IMG/VR virus record: IMGVR_UViG_3300014208_000026
Span: 193,182-257,181 of that record
From: a virus
Lineage: Duplodnaviria; Caudoviricetes
Length of the DNA: 64,000 nt
Strand: one strand, 5' to 3'
Part shown: positions 54,446 to 62,437 of the stretch, one piece after another
Layout: every line of letters starts with the position of its first letter
Numbering within the stretch: the stretch's first letter is position 1
Position numbers and translations under genes: made by a program
Notes under the pieces: generated by a model
Database searches by the model: none
What the model was told of the DNA's origin: nothing
What the model saw: the letters and a program-made list of their open reading frames with translations, nothing else

Positions 54446-55180
54446 ATGCCTCAGCCGAATCAACTCTGGAAGCAGCCGGGGGATAAGAACTGTCCTCTGT
54501 GCAGGGGAAGTGGTTACGTCCCCAACAACGAAGGGTCACGGCCTTTTTGGGACCCGCCCCGAGTAACCCGCTGTACCTGTCTCCATGAAAAGGATATGAA
54601 GAGGAACCTGGAGAACGTGTGGCGGGGGCTCTCTCTAGTAGCCCCGTTCCCGAAGGGCTCTCCCCTGGTGAAATACCTGGACAAGAACCTGCACTTGATT
54701 GCCTGTCGAGGTACCCTGACTCGGCACCTCAGCAGTCTTGGTCGGGCTATTGGCCCGCATTGGTCTTGCAAGGTCCAGTCGGACGCCGACCTGATTACAG
54801 CTTGGCTGGCTAACGTGGCTATCAAGGGACAGGAGATTTTCGACGCGGACGCCAGTCGGGTGTCTTCGCAGTACATCTCTCTCGTAGACTTGGCAGTCCC
54901 CCCGGGATTGCTGGTTCTGTATCTGGGGATCAAGACCGCCCCGAACAAGGAAATGCCCCAGGTGTTCCTTGAGGCTCTTCAGGAGCGGGCGTACCGAGGG
55001 AAGCCTACGTGGGTAGTATCGGATAAGCCCCTGGATTCCAATCACCGCTGTTGGTCAGAGTCTGTTCACGAGTTCCTGTCCGATTGGAAGGTGCTCACCC
55101 TGAAGGCCCCGAAGGTGAAGCCCGAGGTTCTACCCGAGCCCGATGAGATGGATGTAGCAGACGGAACTCCCAAGGACTAG
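54446..55180 (+). CDS. DnaC/IstB-like protein with N-terminal Zn finger and degenerate Walker A
   Basis: CPLCRGSG..CTC; DLLVL-like LLVLYLG; ERAYRGKPTWVVS; adjacent to DnaB. Confidence 0.55.
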   Translation: MPQPNQLWKQPGDKNCPLCRGSGYVPNNEGSRPFWDPPRVTRCTCLHEKDMKRNLENVWRGLSLVAPFPKGSPLVKYLDKNLHLIACRGTLTRHLSSLGRAIGPHWSCKVQSDADLITAWLANVAIKGQEIFDADASRVSSQYISLVDLAVPPGLLVLYLGIKTAPNKEMPQVFLEALQERAYRGKPTWVVSDKPLDSNHRCWSESVHEFLSDWKVLTLKAPKVKPEVLPEPDEMDVADGTPKD

Positions 55181-55203
55181 CAAATCATTTCGCAGAAAGG
55201 TCA

Positions 55204-56916
55204 ATGCAAAGCATGAAGCAGCTTCTTCGCTCGATGTTCGTTCACGGACCGGATGACGACAGGGCCGCAGCTTTCCACAACTACCGCCGTTTTGTAGAGG
55301 TGGACCTCGCGTTCGAGGAAGCGGACGATCAGGCTATCTGGACGTACCTCCATAACTTCTACCGGACGAACTCTGAAGCTCCCGACCTGGAGAGCATCCG
55401 AGCCCATTTCTCGATGGCCGGTGAGATCTCGATGACGGACTACCTTGAAGAGCTTCGGGCGTTGAAGCCTGCCTATGGGGGCAACTTCACGCAGAAGGTC
55501 GAGCAGAAGGCCCAGGACCGGCGTGTGAGGTTGGTCGAAGAGGCTCTGACCGAGTCCAGCACGATTCTCACCAAGGGGATCGTGGATAGAAATAAGAAGG
55601 GGGAAGAACGGAAGCTGTTCGGGCCCTTCGAGGCCGTGAACCGGTTTATGGAGCGGGCCCAGAAGGTCGTTGCTCCTACGTTCGGTGGGAATCTGACCGG
55701 TGAGATCATTCACGACACGGAGACTTTCAGGGAGCGATACCTGCGGGTCGAGTCTGATCCATTCTTTGGTGTGGGCTATGCTACTCCCTTGGATCGTATC
55801 AATGAGTATATCAGCGGGGCAAGAAGGAAAGAGCTTTGGATCCATGCTGCGTTTTCGGGAGGTCTCAAAAGTACGCTTGCATTGAATTGGGCCCATTATC
55901 AAGCAATCTATAGAGGTAATACAAGTCAGTATTTCTCTCTTGAGATGCCTAAAGAGCAATGCCACAACATCATGGTTGCCATGCACTCGGCCATGCCGGT
56001 TCCTCGGGAACACCGGATGGCGGAAGGCCGGTTGAAGTGCGGTCTGGCTAAGACTGAGGCGGATCTTGTTCACAGTCCTGGTCTTGACTACTCCCGCCTG
56101 CGTGACGCCAAGTTGTATCGTCCGGATGGTTCTATGTCTCTCCAGGATGTTGGAAACCTCCCCGCGAACGAGCGGAGGTTCCTTTTTGATTATGTTCTGG
56201 CGGATATGGAAGAGGGGCGGTTGAACGTTCCGAAGTGTGACATGTACCCCAACGGGGCGAGCATTCCGTACGGGAAGGTTCATATTGAGGTCGCTGACCC
56301 TGACAAGAACGATTTCACTGTCCTCGACATGAAGGCTAAGGCCCAACTTCTGCGGGCCAAAGAGGATTTCCAACTGATTTTCGTGGACTACGCAGGCTTG
56401 ATGTCTCCCAGGCCGGGAAACAAGTCCAGTAGTCGCACGGACCAGTTGAACGAAGTCATGCGTGATCTGAAGAAGCTGGCCTTGAGCTTCAACCGTGGCG
56501 AGGGCATGGCTGTTGTGAGTCTGTTCCAGCTCAGCCGTGAAGGCTACAAACGTGCTGTATTGCGTAAAGAGAAGTGTGGTGTTCCATTGTATTTGATGTC
56601 GGATTTGTCATACGCGAATGAGTGCGAGAGGAGTGCTGATATTATAACATCTACCTTCGTAGATGATGAATATCGTGCTAATAGTGAAGCTCTGGTTCAG
56701 TGCCTGAAGACCCGTGACGATGCGCCGTTCCCCTTGCACAAGATCGGGGTGCGGTGGAATCATCGTGTTCTTCTGTCCCGCTGGGACGAAGCCGGAACGG
56801 ACCTTGTCGACGCAACTCCCTCTGATATCCGCTCCTCGGATATCGCAACCGAGCGGGATGGTCGAGGGACGGCTGATGATCTCAGTTCCTTGATTAGTGC
56901 TACGGATAACGACTGA
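55204..56916 (+). CDS. dnaB: DnaB-like replicative helicase
   Basis: AAFSGGLKSTLALN; FSLEM; IFVDYAGLM; SLFQLSRE; ERSADII. Confidence 0.85.
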   Translation: MQSMKQLLRSMFVHGPDDDRAAAFHNYRRFVEVDLAFEEADDQAIWTYLHNFYRTNSEAPDLESIRAHFSMAGEISMTDYLEELRALKPAYGGNFTQKVEQKAQDRRVRLVEEALTESSTILTKGIVDRNKKGEERKLFGPFEAVNRFMERAQKVVAPTFGGNLTGEIIHDTETFRERYLRVESDPFFGVGYATPLDRINEYISGARRKELWIHAAFSGGLKSTLALNWAHYQAIYRGNTSQYFSLEMPKEQCHNIMVAMHSAMPVPREHRMAEGRLKCGLAKTEADLVHSPGLDYSRLRDAKLYRPDGSMSLQDVGNLPANERRFLFDYVLADMEEGRLNVPKCDMYPNGASIPYGKVHIEVADPDKNDFTVLDMKAKAQLLRAKEDFQLIFVDYAGLMSPRPGNKSSSRTDQLNEVMRDLKKLALSFNRGEGMAVVSLFQLSREGYKRAVLRKEKCGVPLYLMSDLSYANECERSADIITSTFVDDEYRANSEALVQCLKTRDDAPFPLHKIGVRWNHRVLLSRWDEAGTDLVDATPSDIRSSDIATERDGRGTADDLSSLISATDND

Positions 56917-56934
56917 CGGGGAGGGGCACAAGCA

Positions 56935-57249
56935 ATGAACCTCAACAAACGACTCTGGAAATGCCGGTCTCATAGATGGTATGGTGCGGAGGACTACGAG
57001 TGTCCTGGTTACGCGGGTACCCTGCGGTGGATTCTCGCCTGGGTTGTGTGGTGTGTTCTAGCCATTCCACCTGTGGTGGTAGGAGTGCCTTCGGCTATAC
57101 TGTTTACGCTCGCAGAAGAGTTTGAAAAGTACAATCACAAACTGCGGCTTTGGATCGCAGGGCCTCTGAAACACAAGAAAGAAACAGAGGAACGGCTGGA
57201 TAAGCTGTATGATGAGTTGGAAGCCAAAGCGGGGGGATATAGAGAATGA
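56935..57249 (+). CDS. Small membrane protein
   Basis: ILAWVVWCVLAIPPVVVGVPSAILF hydrophobic stretch. Confidence 0.65.
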   Translation: MNLNKRLWKCRSHRWYGAEDYECPGYAGTLRWILAWVVWCVLAIPPVVVGVPSAILFTLAEEFEKYNHKLRLWIAGPLKHKKETEERLDKLYDELEAKAGGYRE

Positions 57250-58085
57250 TTGCCCAAGAACTGATTTCTTACCTGACCACTTTGATCTCACCCCCTCCCT
57301 CCTACGGGGAAGCAGTGAAGTTCTACCCGACCCCCGACGTGGATTTGTCTGGCGTGCCGGATGGCACGTTAACAGGGGCAATTGTTTGTGGGATTCCGTC
57401 AGAGGAGCAAGTAGCGGAGTTCATGCGGGCGTTGCGCCCAGGAGCGCATTTCCTGTTGGTCGCCCCCGATGAACAGCCTACGGGGCACACGGGGGCTTGT
57501 CGACTTGAAGATGGGGGTTTTGAGATCCGAGACTCTATTCTTGTGGTCGAAGAGCCAGGACGCCTACACTACGTACCGAAGGCGGCACGGAAGGAGAGGG
57601 AAGCTGGATGCAAGGTGCTTCCCGCCAAGGTCCGGAAGGAAACACGCTGCAAGTTGTGCGACGCCGTGTTGGAAGAGGGAGAGGATTTCGGAGAGTGTGA
57701 AAGTAGTGAAGATGGAGTGCATGAGATTGTTGTAGTAGAGACAAATGAGAAGATTAGAAATTTTCACCCGACCGTGAAAACTATTAAATTAATGAAAAGA
57801 TTACTCAGTACAATATCAACAGATAAGGGCCCCGTCCTTGACCCCTTCTTGGGATCGGGCTCCACGTTGATTGCTTGTCTGGAAACGGGGCATGACGCTA
57901 TCGGAATTGAGCGTGAGGAGGATTACCTCTTGATCGCGGATGCTCGTATCCGGCATTGGGCGCATACCGAGAAGGCCTGGGTCGAGAAGAACGTGGAATC
58001 GGACGTGGACAGCCGCGAGAAGATTGAAGCCCCCAAGGGAGGGGTGTTCGATCTGTTTGGTGGCGGTGGAGTTTTCGGGAAGTGA
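57246..58085 (+). CDS. DNA methyltransferase SAM-binding module fused to a degenerate catalytic-fold copy (no DPPY)
   Basis: LRPGAHF..LEDGGFEIRDSI; HYVPKAARKERE; RNFHPTVK; VLDPFLGSGST..IGIERE. Confidence 0.85.
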   Translation: MIAQELISYLTTLISPPPSYGEAVKFYPTPDVDLSGVPDGTLTGAIVCGIPSEEQVAEFMRALRPGAHFLLVAPDEQPTGHTGACRLEDGGFEIRDSILVVEEPGRLHYVPKAARKEREAGCKVLPAKVRKETRCKLCDAVLEEGEDFGECESSEDGVHEIVVVETNEKIRNFHPTVKTIKLMKRLLSTISTDKGPVLDPFLGSGSTLIACLETGHDAIGIEREEDYLLIADARIRHWAHTEKAWVEKNVESDVDSREKIEAPKGGVFDLFGGGGVFGK

Positions 58086-58729
58086 GAGTCATTACGGTAG
58101 CCCGAAAACCCTTAGTTGGAACTGTTGCACAAACGGTCCTGAAGTTCGGAACAGGCGGGATCAATATCGACGGAACGAGGTTGGCTTATTCAGGGGAAAC
58201 GGATGCTGCAAGCGCTACCCCGCAGGGTAGGTGTACCGCAAAGTCGGGGGCTCTCGCAGGCGGGACACAACACGATGGAGATCGATCTGACTTTGTCCGT
58301 CCAGAACAAAAAGGAAGATATCCGGCCAACCTCATTCTCTGCCATCTTCCAGATTGTGCTTGTGTCGGAATGAAGAAGGTGAAGCCCCTCGAAGGGTATC
58401 GGCCCAATCCGGTTGCTGTCCAGTCCGATGGGGCCATTCAGTTCAACCAGAAGGCTCCTGGATACCAGAAAAAGAGTTTCACGGGGGAGGACGGGGCCGA
58501 AGAGGTTCAGGATTGGAATTGTGTGGAGGGGTGTCCCGTCAGAGAGTTGGATCAGCAGAGCGGTGTTGTTCCTACAGGTTCCTGGTGCCGACAGAAGGAT
58601 GGGGCACACCCATTCGGGGATGCTGTAGGGTCCCCTTACGAGAACTGGAAACAGGTTAAAGAAACTCCTGGAGGCGCTTCCCGTTTTTTCAAACAGATAC
58701 AAGGTACCAGCAAGGGCGGCAAGGAATGA
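58082..58729 (+). CDS. DNA methyltransferase middle (TRD-like) module B1
   Basis: RVITVARKPLVGTVAQ..GTGGINID..GRYPANL..GGASRFFKQ; no DPPY or FxGxG. Confidence 0.8.
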   Translation: MRVITVARKPLVGTVAQTVLKFGTGGINIDGTRLAYSGETDAASATPQGRCTAKSGALAGGTQHDGDRSDFVRPEQKGRYPANLILCHLPDCACVGMKKVKPLEGYRPNPVAVQSDGAIQFNQKAPGYQKKSFTGEDGAEEVQDWNCVEGCPVRELDQQSGVVPTGSWCRQKDGAHPFGDAVGSPYENWKQVKETPGGASRFFKQIQGTSKGGKE

Positions 58730-59367
58730 GAGTAATCACGGTTGCCCGTAAACCCCTGGCGGGGACCGTTGCACAGACCTCCCTTCTCCACGGAACGGGT
58801 GGGATCAATATCGACGTCTGCCGTATTGGGCTCAACCCAGGGTACTGTTACAACGCAGACCGGAACGGAACTACGTTCCACGGGCAGGTTGGGGATAGAA
58901 TTCGGCAGACTGCAGAGAAGAAAGGCACCGAGACGATTGAGTCGACCAAGGGCAGGTGGCCAGCCAACCTTGTGATTTGCCACAGGGAAAGTTGTGAGTG
59001 TGTAGGTGTCTCTGAGATCACAGGAATCCGAAAAGATACTCGACCTGAGGGGGACGGCGGGCGAGAGGACAGAACCCAATGGCGTATTCGCCCTACAGAG
59101 CAAACTCGCCGAGGCTATGCTGACGAGAACGGGGTTGAAAAAGTTCCAGATTGGAACTGCGCTCCCAACTGTCCCGTTGCGGATCTGGACAGACAGAGCG
59201 GGGATAAAACAGGGGCTTCGGCTCCCGTCAAAGGAACTGAGCCGAGTGAACCGACAGATCGGGTGTACGGAAAGTACAAGAGGATTCCCGCGACGATTCA
59301 CGGGGACTCGGGCGGGGCTTCGCGGTTCTTCAAACAGGTACAACGGGAAAGGGACGGGGGATGTTAG
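58726..59367 (+). CDS. DNA methyltransferase middle (TRD-like) module B2
   Basis: RVITVARKPLAGTVAQ..GTGGINID..GRWPANL..GGASRFFKQ. Confidence 0.8.
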   Translation: MRVITVARKPLAGTVAQTSLLHGTGGINIDVCRIGLNPGYCYNADRNGTTFHGQVGDRIRQTAEKKGTETIESTKGRWPANLVICHRESCECVGVSEITGIRKDTRPEGDGGREDRTQWRIRPTEQTRRGYADENGVEKVPDWNCAPNCPVADLDRQSGDKTGASAPVKGTEPSEPTDRVYGKYKRIPATIHGDSGGASRFFKQVQRERDGGC

Positions 59368-59567
59368 GGGTGAAAAAGACAAGTTTAGTGGTGCAGGTTC
59401 AAGGGGCGTGCTCTGCTCCTATTCCAGAGTTGTTGGGGGCGCTTCAAGTCGTTTTCGAGGAACTAGGGTTCCAGGTGATAGTGGAGGTTCCTGACGAATT
59501 CCCAGAGGCATGGGACGGATTTGTTGAGAGTGAGACAGTTCTCATCAAGTATGGCGGGGATATCTGA
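59361..59567 (+). CDS. Hypothetical protein
   Basis: 68-aa ORF overlapping the B2 stop. Confidence 0.5.
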   Translation: MLGVKKTSLVVQVQGACSAPIPELLGALQVVFEELGFQVIVEVPDEFPEAWDGFVESETVLIKYGGDI

Positions 59568-59658
59568 GCAGGCGAGATTGCGGATCGGGTATATAGAATG
59601 ACACGGGGGCTAGTGGCGCCCCGGGTTTCGTAGAGACTACAAACAGGGAGACAAGAAG

Positions 59659-59790
59659 ATGAAGGAGCCTACGCAAGACCGTAGGGCGGTCCAGACTCTT
59701 CGCCTCCGGTTGGGAGACAGCTTCGAGGTCATTAAGACTCTTGAAGAAGGTTCCATCGGGGCGATAGTCACGGATCCGCCCTACGGTTAG
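59659..59790 (+). CDS. DNA methyltransferase N-terminal 43 aa ending at the DPPYG catalytic motif
   Basis: AGGGAG RBS; MKEPT..LRLGDSFEVIKTLEEGSIGAIVTDPPYG*; absent from ORF track; same frame as 59812 ORF. Confidence 0.85.
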   Translation: MKEPTQDRRAVQTLRLRLGDSFEVIKTLEEGSIGAIVTDPPYG

Positions 59791-59811
59791 TCACTCTAAG
59801 GTATTGAATTT

Positions 59812-61035
59812 ATGGGAAAATCGTTCGATTCCTTGACTACTAAGTCGAAGCTTTTTGATTGTCTGCCAGGAATTTGGTTTGAAGAAACGGGGGTTCCTTT
59901 TCCTCTCGTAGAAACTAAAGTACGGCTTCAATCGGTCCAAGACAATCCGCTAAAGCCGAACAACTGGCTTGAGATGGTGAAGGCAGCTTCGGCTGAACAA
60001 GAAATTCCGCAAGCTGAGTACCTTTCTATGCCGGATTGGCAGAAAGGCGGAAATTTTACCAAACCCGGCATTGGAGATCGAGAGACCGCATGGCCTTCTT
60101 TCTCCAGTGACCCCATTCATGGAACGGCCAATCCTACTTGTGCTACTTGCGGTGGTCGTCTCCGAGGTAAGAAAAAGTGTTCTTGTGAGCAGCCTCATGA
60201 CCACTGGAAACCTTTGGGGGCTTCTAAAAAAGCTTCAGAAGAGCATATTCTTGTTGCACAGCCGGTTGTATCCCGAGCCTCTCAGGCCCACGGAATGCAA
60301 GCATGGCACGAGGGCTGGCTTCGTGAGTGCTTCCGAGTTCTCCGTCCAGGCGGAGTGATTAAGGCATTCAGTGCGACTAGAACGCAGCACCGCCTAGCGG
60401 CTGCAATGGAAGCTGTAGGGTTTGTGTTGGACCCGAAGGAGAGTCTGGAAGCCTGGGCGTATGGGTGTCTCTCGGCCGACACGGAGATTCTGACCCAAGA
60501 CGGCTGGAAACCTGGATTGACGGTAGAGGCCGGGGAATTGGTATCCTGTTGGGACCCAAAGACGGACACCTCTATGTTCTATGCCGTGGAGCGGGTAACA
60601 AGGGCTCCTTTCAAGGGTTCCCTTGTGCGTCTCACGGGAGAGGGTACGGACCAACTCCTTACGCCCAATCACAGGGTCTATCACAAGACTCCTGAGGGCG
60701 AGGGTTGGGAGGTAACTAGGGCCGACGCTCTGTTGGGGGTTACGGTCGAAGTGCCCCTGGATGCTGGAAAGACCACGCAAGCCTCTGGGGAGTTGGTTTC
60801 TTACGACGGAATGGTGTGGTGCGTGAAGGTGCCTACAGGGGCTTTCTTTGCGAGAAGGGGTAATCAGGTATTCCGGAGTGGGAATAGCGGATTTCCCAAG
60901 AGCCTTAACGTGAGTAAAGCTTTGGAAAAGATGGGAAACACGGAAGCTGCAAAGGTTTTCGCCGGAATTGGCACGGCGATCAAGCCAAGCTGGGAGCCGT
61001 TTTTGGTGGGTAGGAAACCAATAAAAATAATTTAG
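59812..61035 (+). CDS. DNA methyltransferase catalytic-domain remainder with mini-intein
   Basis: (GIEF)MGKSFD; WLRECFRVLRPGG..AFSATRTQHR; WAYG/SGFPKS; GTAIKPSWEPFLVGRKP. Confidence 0.88.
   Translation: MGKSFDSLTTKSKLFDCLPGIWFEETGVPFPLVETKVRLQSVQDNPLKPNNWLEMVKAASAEQEIPQAEYLSMPDWQKGGNFTKPGIGDRETAWPSFSSDPIHGTANPTCATCGGRLRGKKKCSCEQPHDHWKPLGASKKASEEHILVAQPVVSRASQAHGMQAWHEGWLRECFRVLRPGGVIKAFSATRTQHRLAAAMEAVGFVLDPKESLEAWAYGCLSADTEILTQDGWKPGLTVEAGELVSCWDPKTDTSMFYAVERVTRAPFKGSLVRLTGEGTDQLLTPNHRVYHKTPEGEGWEVTRADALLGVTVEVPLDAGKTTQASGELVSYDGMVWCVKVPTGAFFARRGNQVFRSGNSGFPKSLNVSKALEKMGNTEAAKVFAGIGTAIKPSWEPFLVGRKPIKII
60466..60885 (+). mobile_element. Mini-intein (140 aa, no endonuclease)
   Basis: CLSADTEILTQDGWK (block A); LLTPNHRVY (block B); YDGMVWCVKVPTG.FFARR..SGN then +1 Ser. 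Confidence 0.92.
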
Positions 61036-61051
61036 TTTTAAGGTATAGGCC

Positions 61052-62035
61052 ATGAAACAAGAGTATATATGTAAAAGATGTGGCAAAGCTGTTATAAAAG
61101 ATGCTTGTCAAGTTAGAAACCCTGACAACGTTTTTTGTTCCAGAGAGTGCAGTAATGCCAAGTTAGGAGAGCAGAGAATATGTCCTACATGTGGTGAACC
61201 TTTTTATGCTAAATTGTCTGCAATACTTCGAGGCGAGTCTACTTACTGTTCTCATAAATGTTCGAATCCTGCTCGGGGGAGAAAAGGTGAGCAGAACGGG
61301 AATTGGAAAGGTGGACGTTTCGTGCGTAGTGATGGCTATATTGCGGTCCGAATACCCGATGGCACCTATAAGCTAGAGCACGATGTGTTGATGGAAGAGC
61401 ATATAGGGCGTAAGTTGACTCCCGATGAAAACGTGCATCACATAAATGAGGACAGAGGAGATAACCGCATAGAGAACTTAAAGCTAGTTTCACGGGCTGA
61501 ACATATCTCTGAGTTTCATCCGTCGCAAAAGGACCCTGAGTGTTGGGTTTCTTTAACCTGTTTTGGGTGCGGTGTGGTTTTTGAGAGGCATAAATGCCAG
61601 TTGTTTAAATCGAAAAGGCTTTTCTGTTCTTGGGAGTGTTTCATTGAAAATCAGTGGTCCGACGTCATAGGTCCAGATTGGACCATATCTAAGTTGCACA
61701 AAGAGATTAAAGGGTCCCTAGTTTCTCTGGGATTTGAAACTACTACTAATTTAGGCGTAGGAAAATGGATTATAGACGAGGCAGACCCTAAAAGAAAAAT
61801 AGCTTTGGATTTGAGAGGCTGTTATTGGCACTCCTGTCCTCTTTGTGGGTTTCATGGGCCCGAAAGCAATCCCGAGAGAGATGCCAAGAAACAGGCGGGA
61901 CTGGAGAAAAAAGGTTGGACAGTTTTATGCATATGGGAACATGAGTGGCAGCAGGATCCAGAGGGCTGCATAGATAGGGTAAAAGAAATGTTCCTGGCAA
62001 AGAAAGAATCTGACATTGCAAGGAATGAGACGTAA
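61052..62035 (+). CDS. Zn-ribbon/HNH endonuclease with C-terminal Vsr/DUF559-like domain
   Basis: CxxC..FCSxxC repeats; EHDVLMEEHIGR.L..ENVHHINEDRGDNRIENL; LRGCYWHSCP..RD..L..GWTVLCIWEHE; AT-rich. Confidence 0.88.
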   Translation: MKQEYICKRCGKAVIKDACQVRNPDNVFCSRECSNAKLGEQRICPTCGEPFYAKLSAILRGESTYCSHKCSNPARGRKGEQNGNWKGGRFVRSDGYIAVRIPDGTYKLEHDVLMEEHIGRKLTPDENVHHINEDRGDNRIENLKLVSRAEHISEFHPSQKDPECWVSLTCFGCGVVFERHKCQLFKSKRLFCSWECFIENQWSDVIGPDWTISKLHKEIKGSLVSLGFETTTNLGVGKWIIDEADPKRKIALDLRGCYWHSCPLCGFHGPESNPERDAKKQAGLEKKGWTVLCIWEHEWQQDPEGCIDRVKEMFLAKKESDIARNET

Positions 62036-62437
62036 ATGTGTTCCTCTCCTGAAGAAAAAGCCGACTCGGCCGACAGGGAGAGCACTTCCGAAGCCGAAGC
62101 CCTCGCTGCATGGTCCGCCTATGGTCGTGTTCTTGCGGGAGTCATCCCCGTTGACGCAGAAGCGGAAGCCAGGGTAGAGACTTACATGACCTCGCTGTCA
62201 GAAGGTTCCGTGACGATTCGTCCGTTGAATCGTAAAGCCTCTCTGGGGGACAGGACTAACCATATCCACGCCCGTCTCCGCAGCCCCTTCTTCTTTCACA
62301 AGGACCCCAATGAGCCGGACCCGACTTCTGCCGAGGTAGCACAGTTCCAGGCAGAGCTTCGTAAGCAGGCGGAGGAAGAGGCGTTGGAAGATGAACTGCG
62401 GTTCTTGGAGGAGTTTTCTGCGGAGTTTAAGAAGTGA
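62036..62437 (+). CDS. Hypothetical protein
   Basis: 133-aa ORF abutting the HNH stop and overlapping the B3 start (GTGA). Confidence 0.6.
   Translation: MCSSPEEKADSADRESTSEAEALAAWSAYGRVLAGVIPVDAEAEARVETYMTSLSEGSVTIRPLNRKASLGDRTNHIHARLRSPFFFHKDPNEPDPTSAEVAQFQAELRKQAEEEALEDELRFLEEFSAEFKK

Noticed and set aside
59788-59799. Genome-wide stop-codon reassignment as the explanation for the in-frame stops
   Set aside because: TAG, TAA and TGA all end many genes here, multi-kb ORFs are intact in code 11, and two different stops would need recoding.
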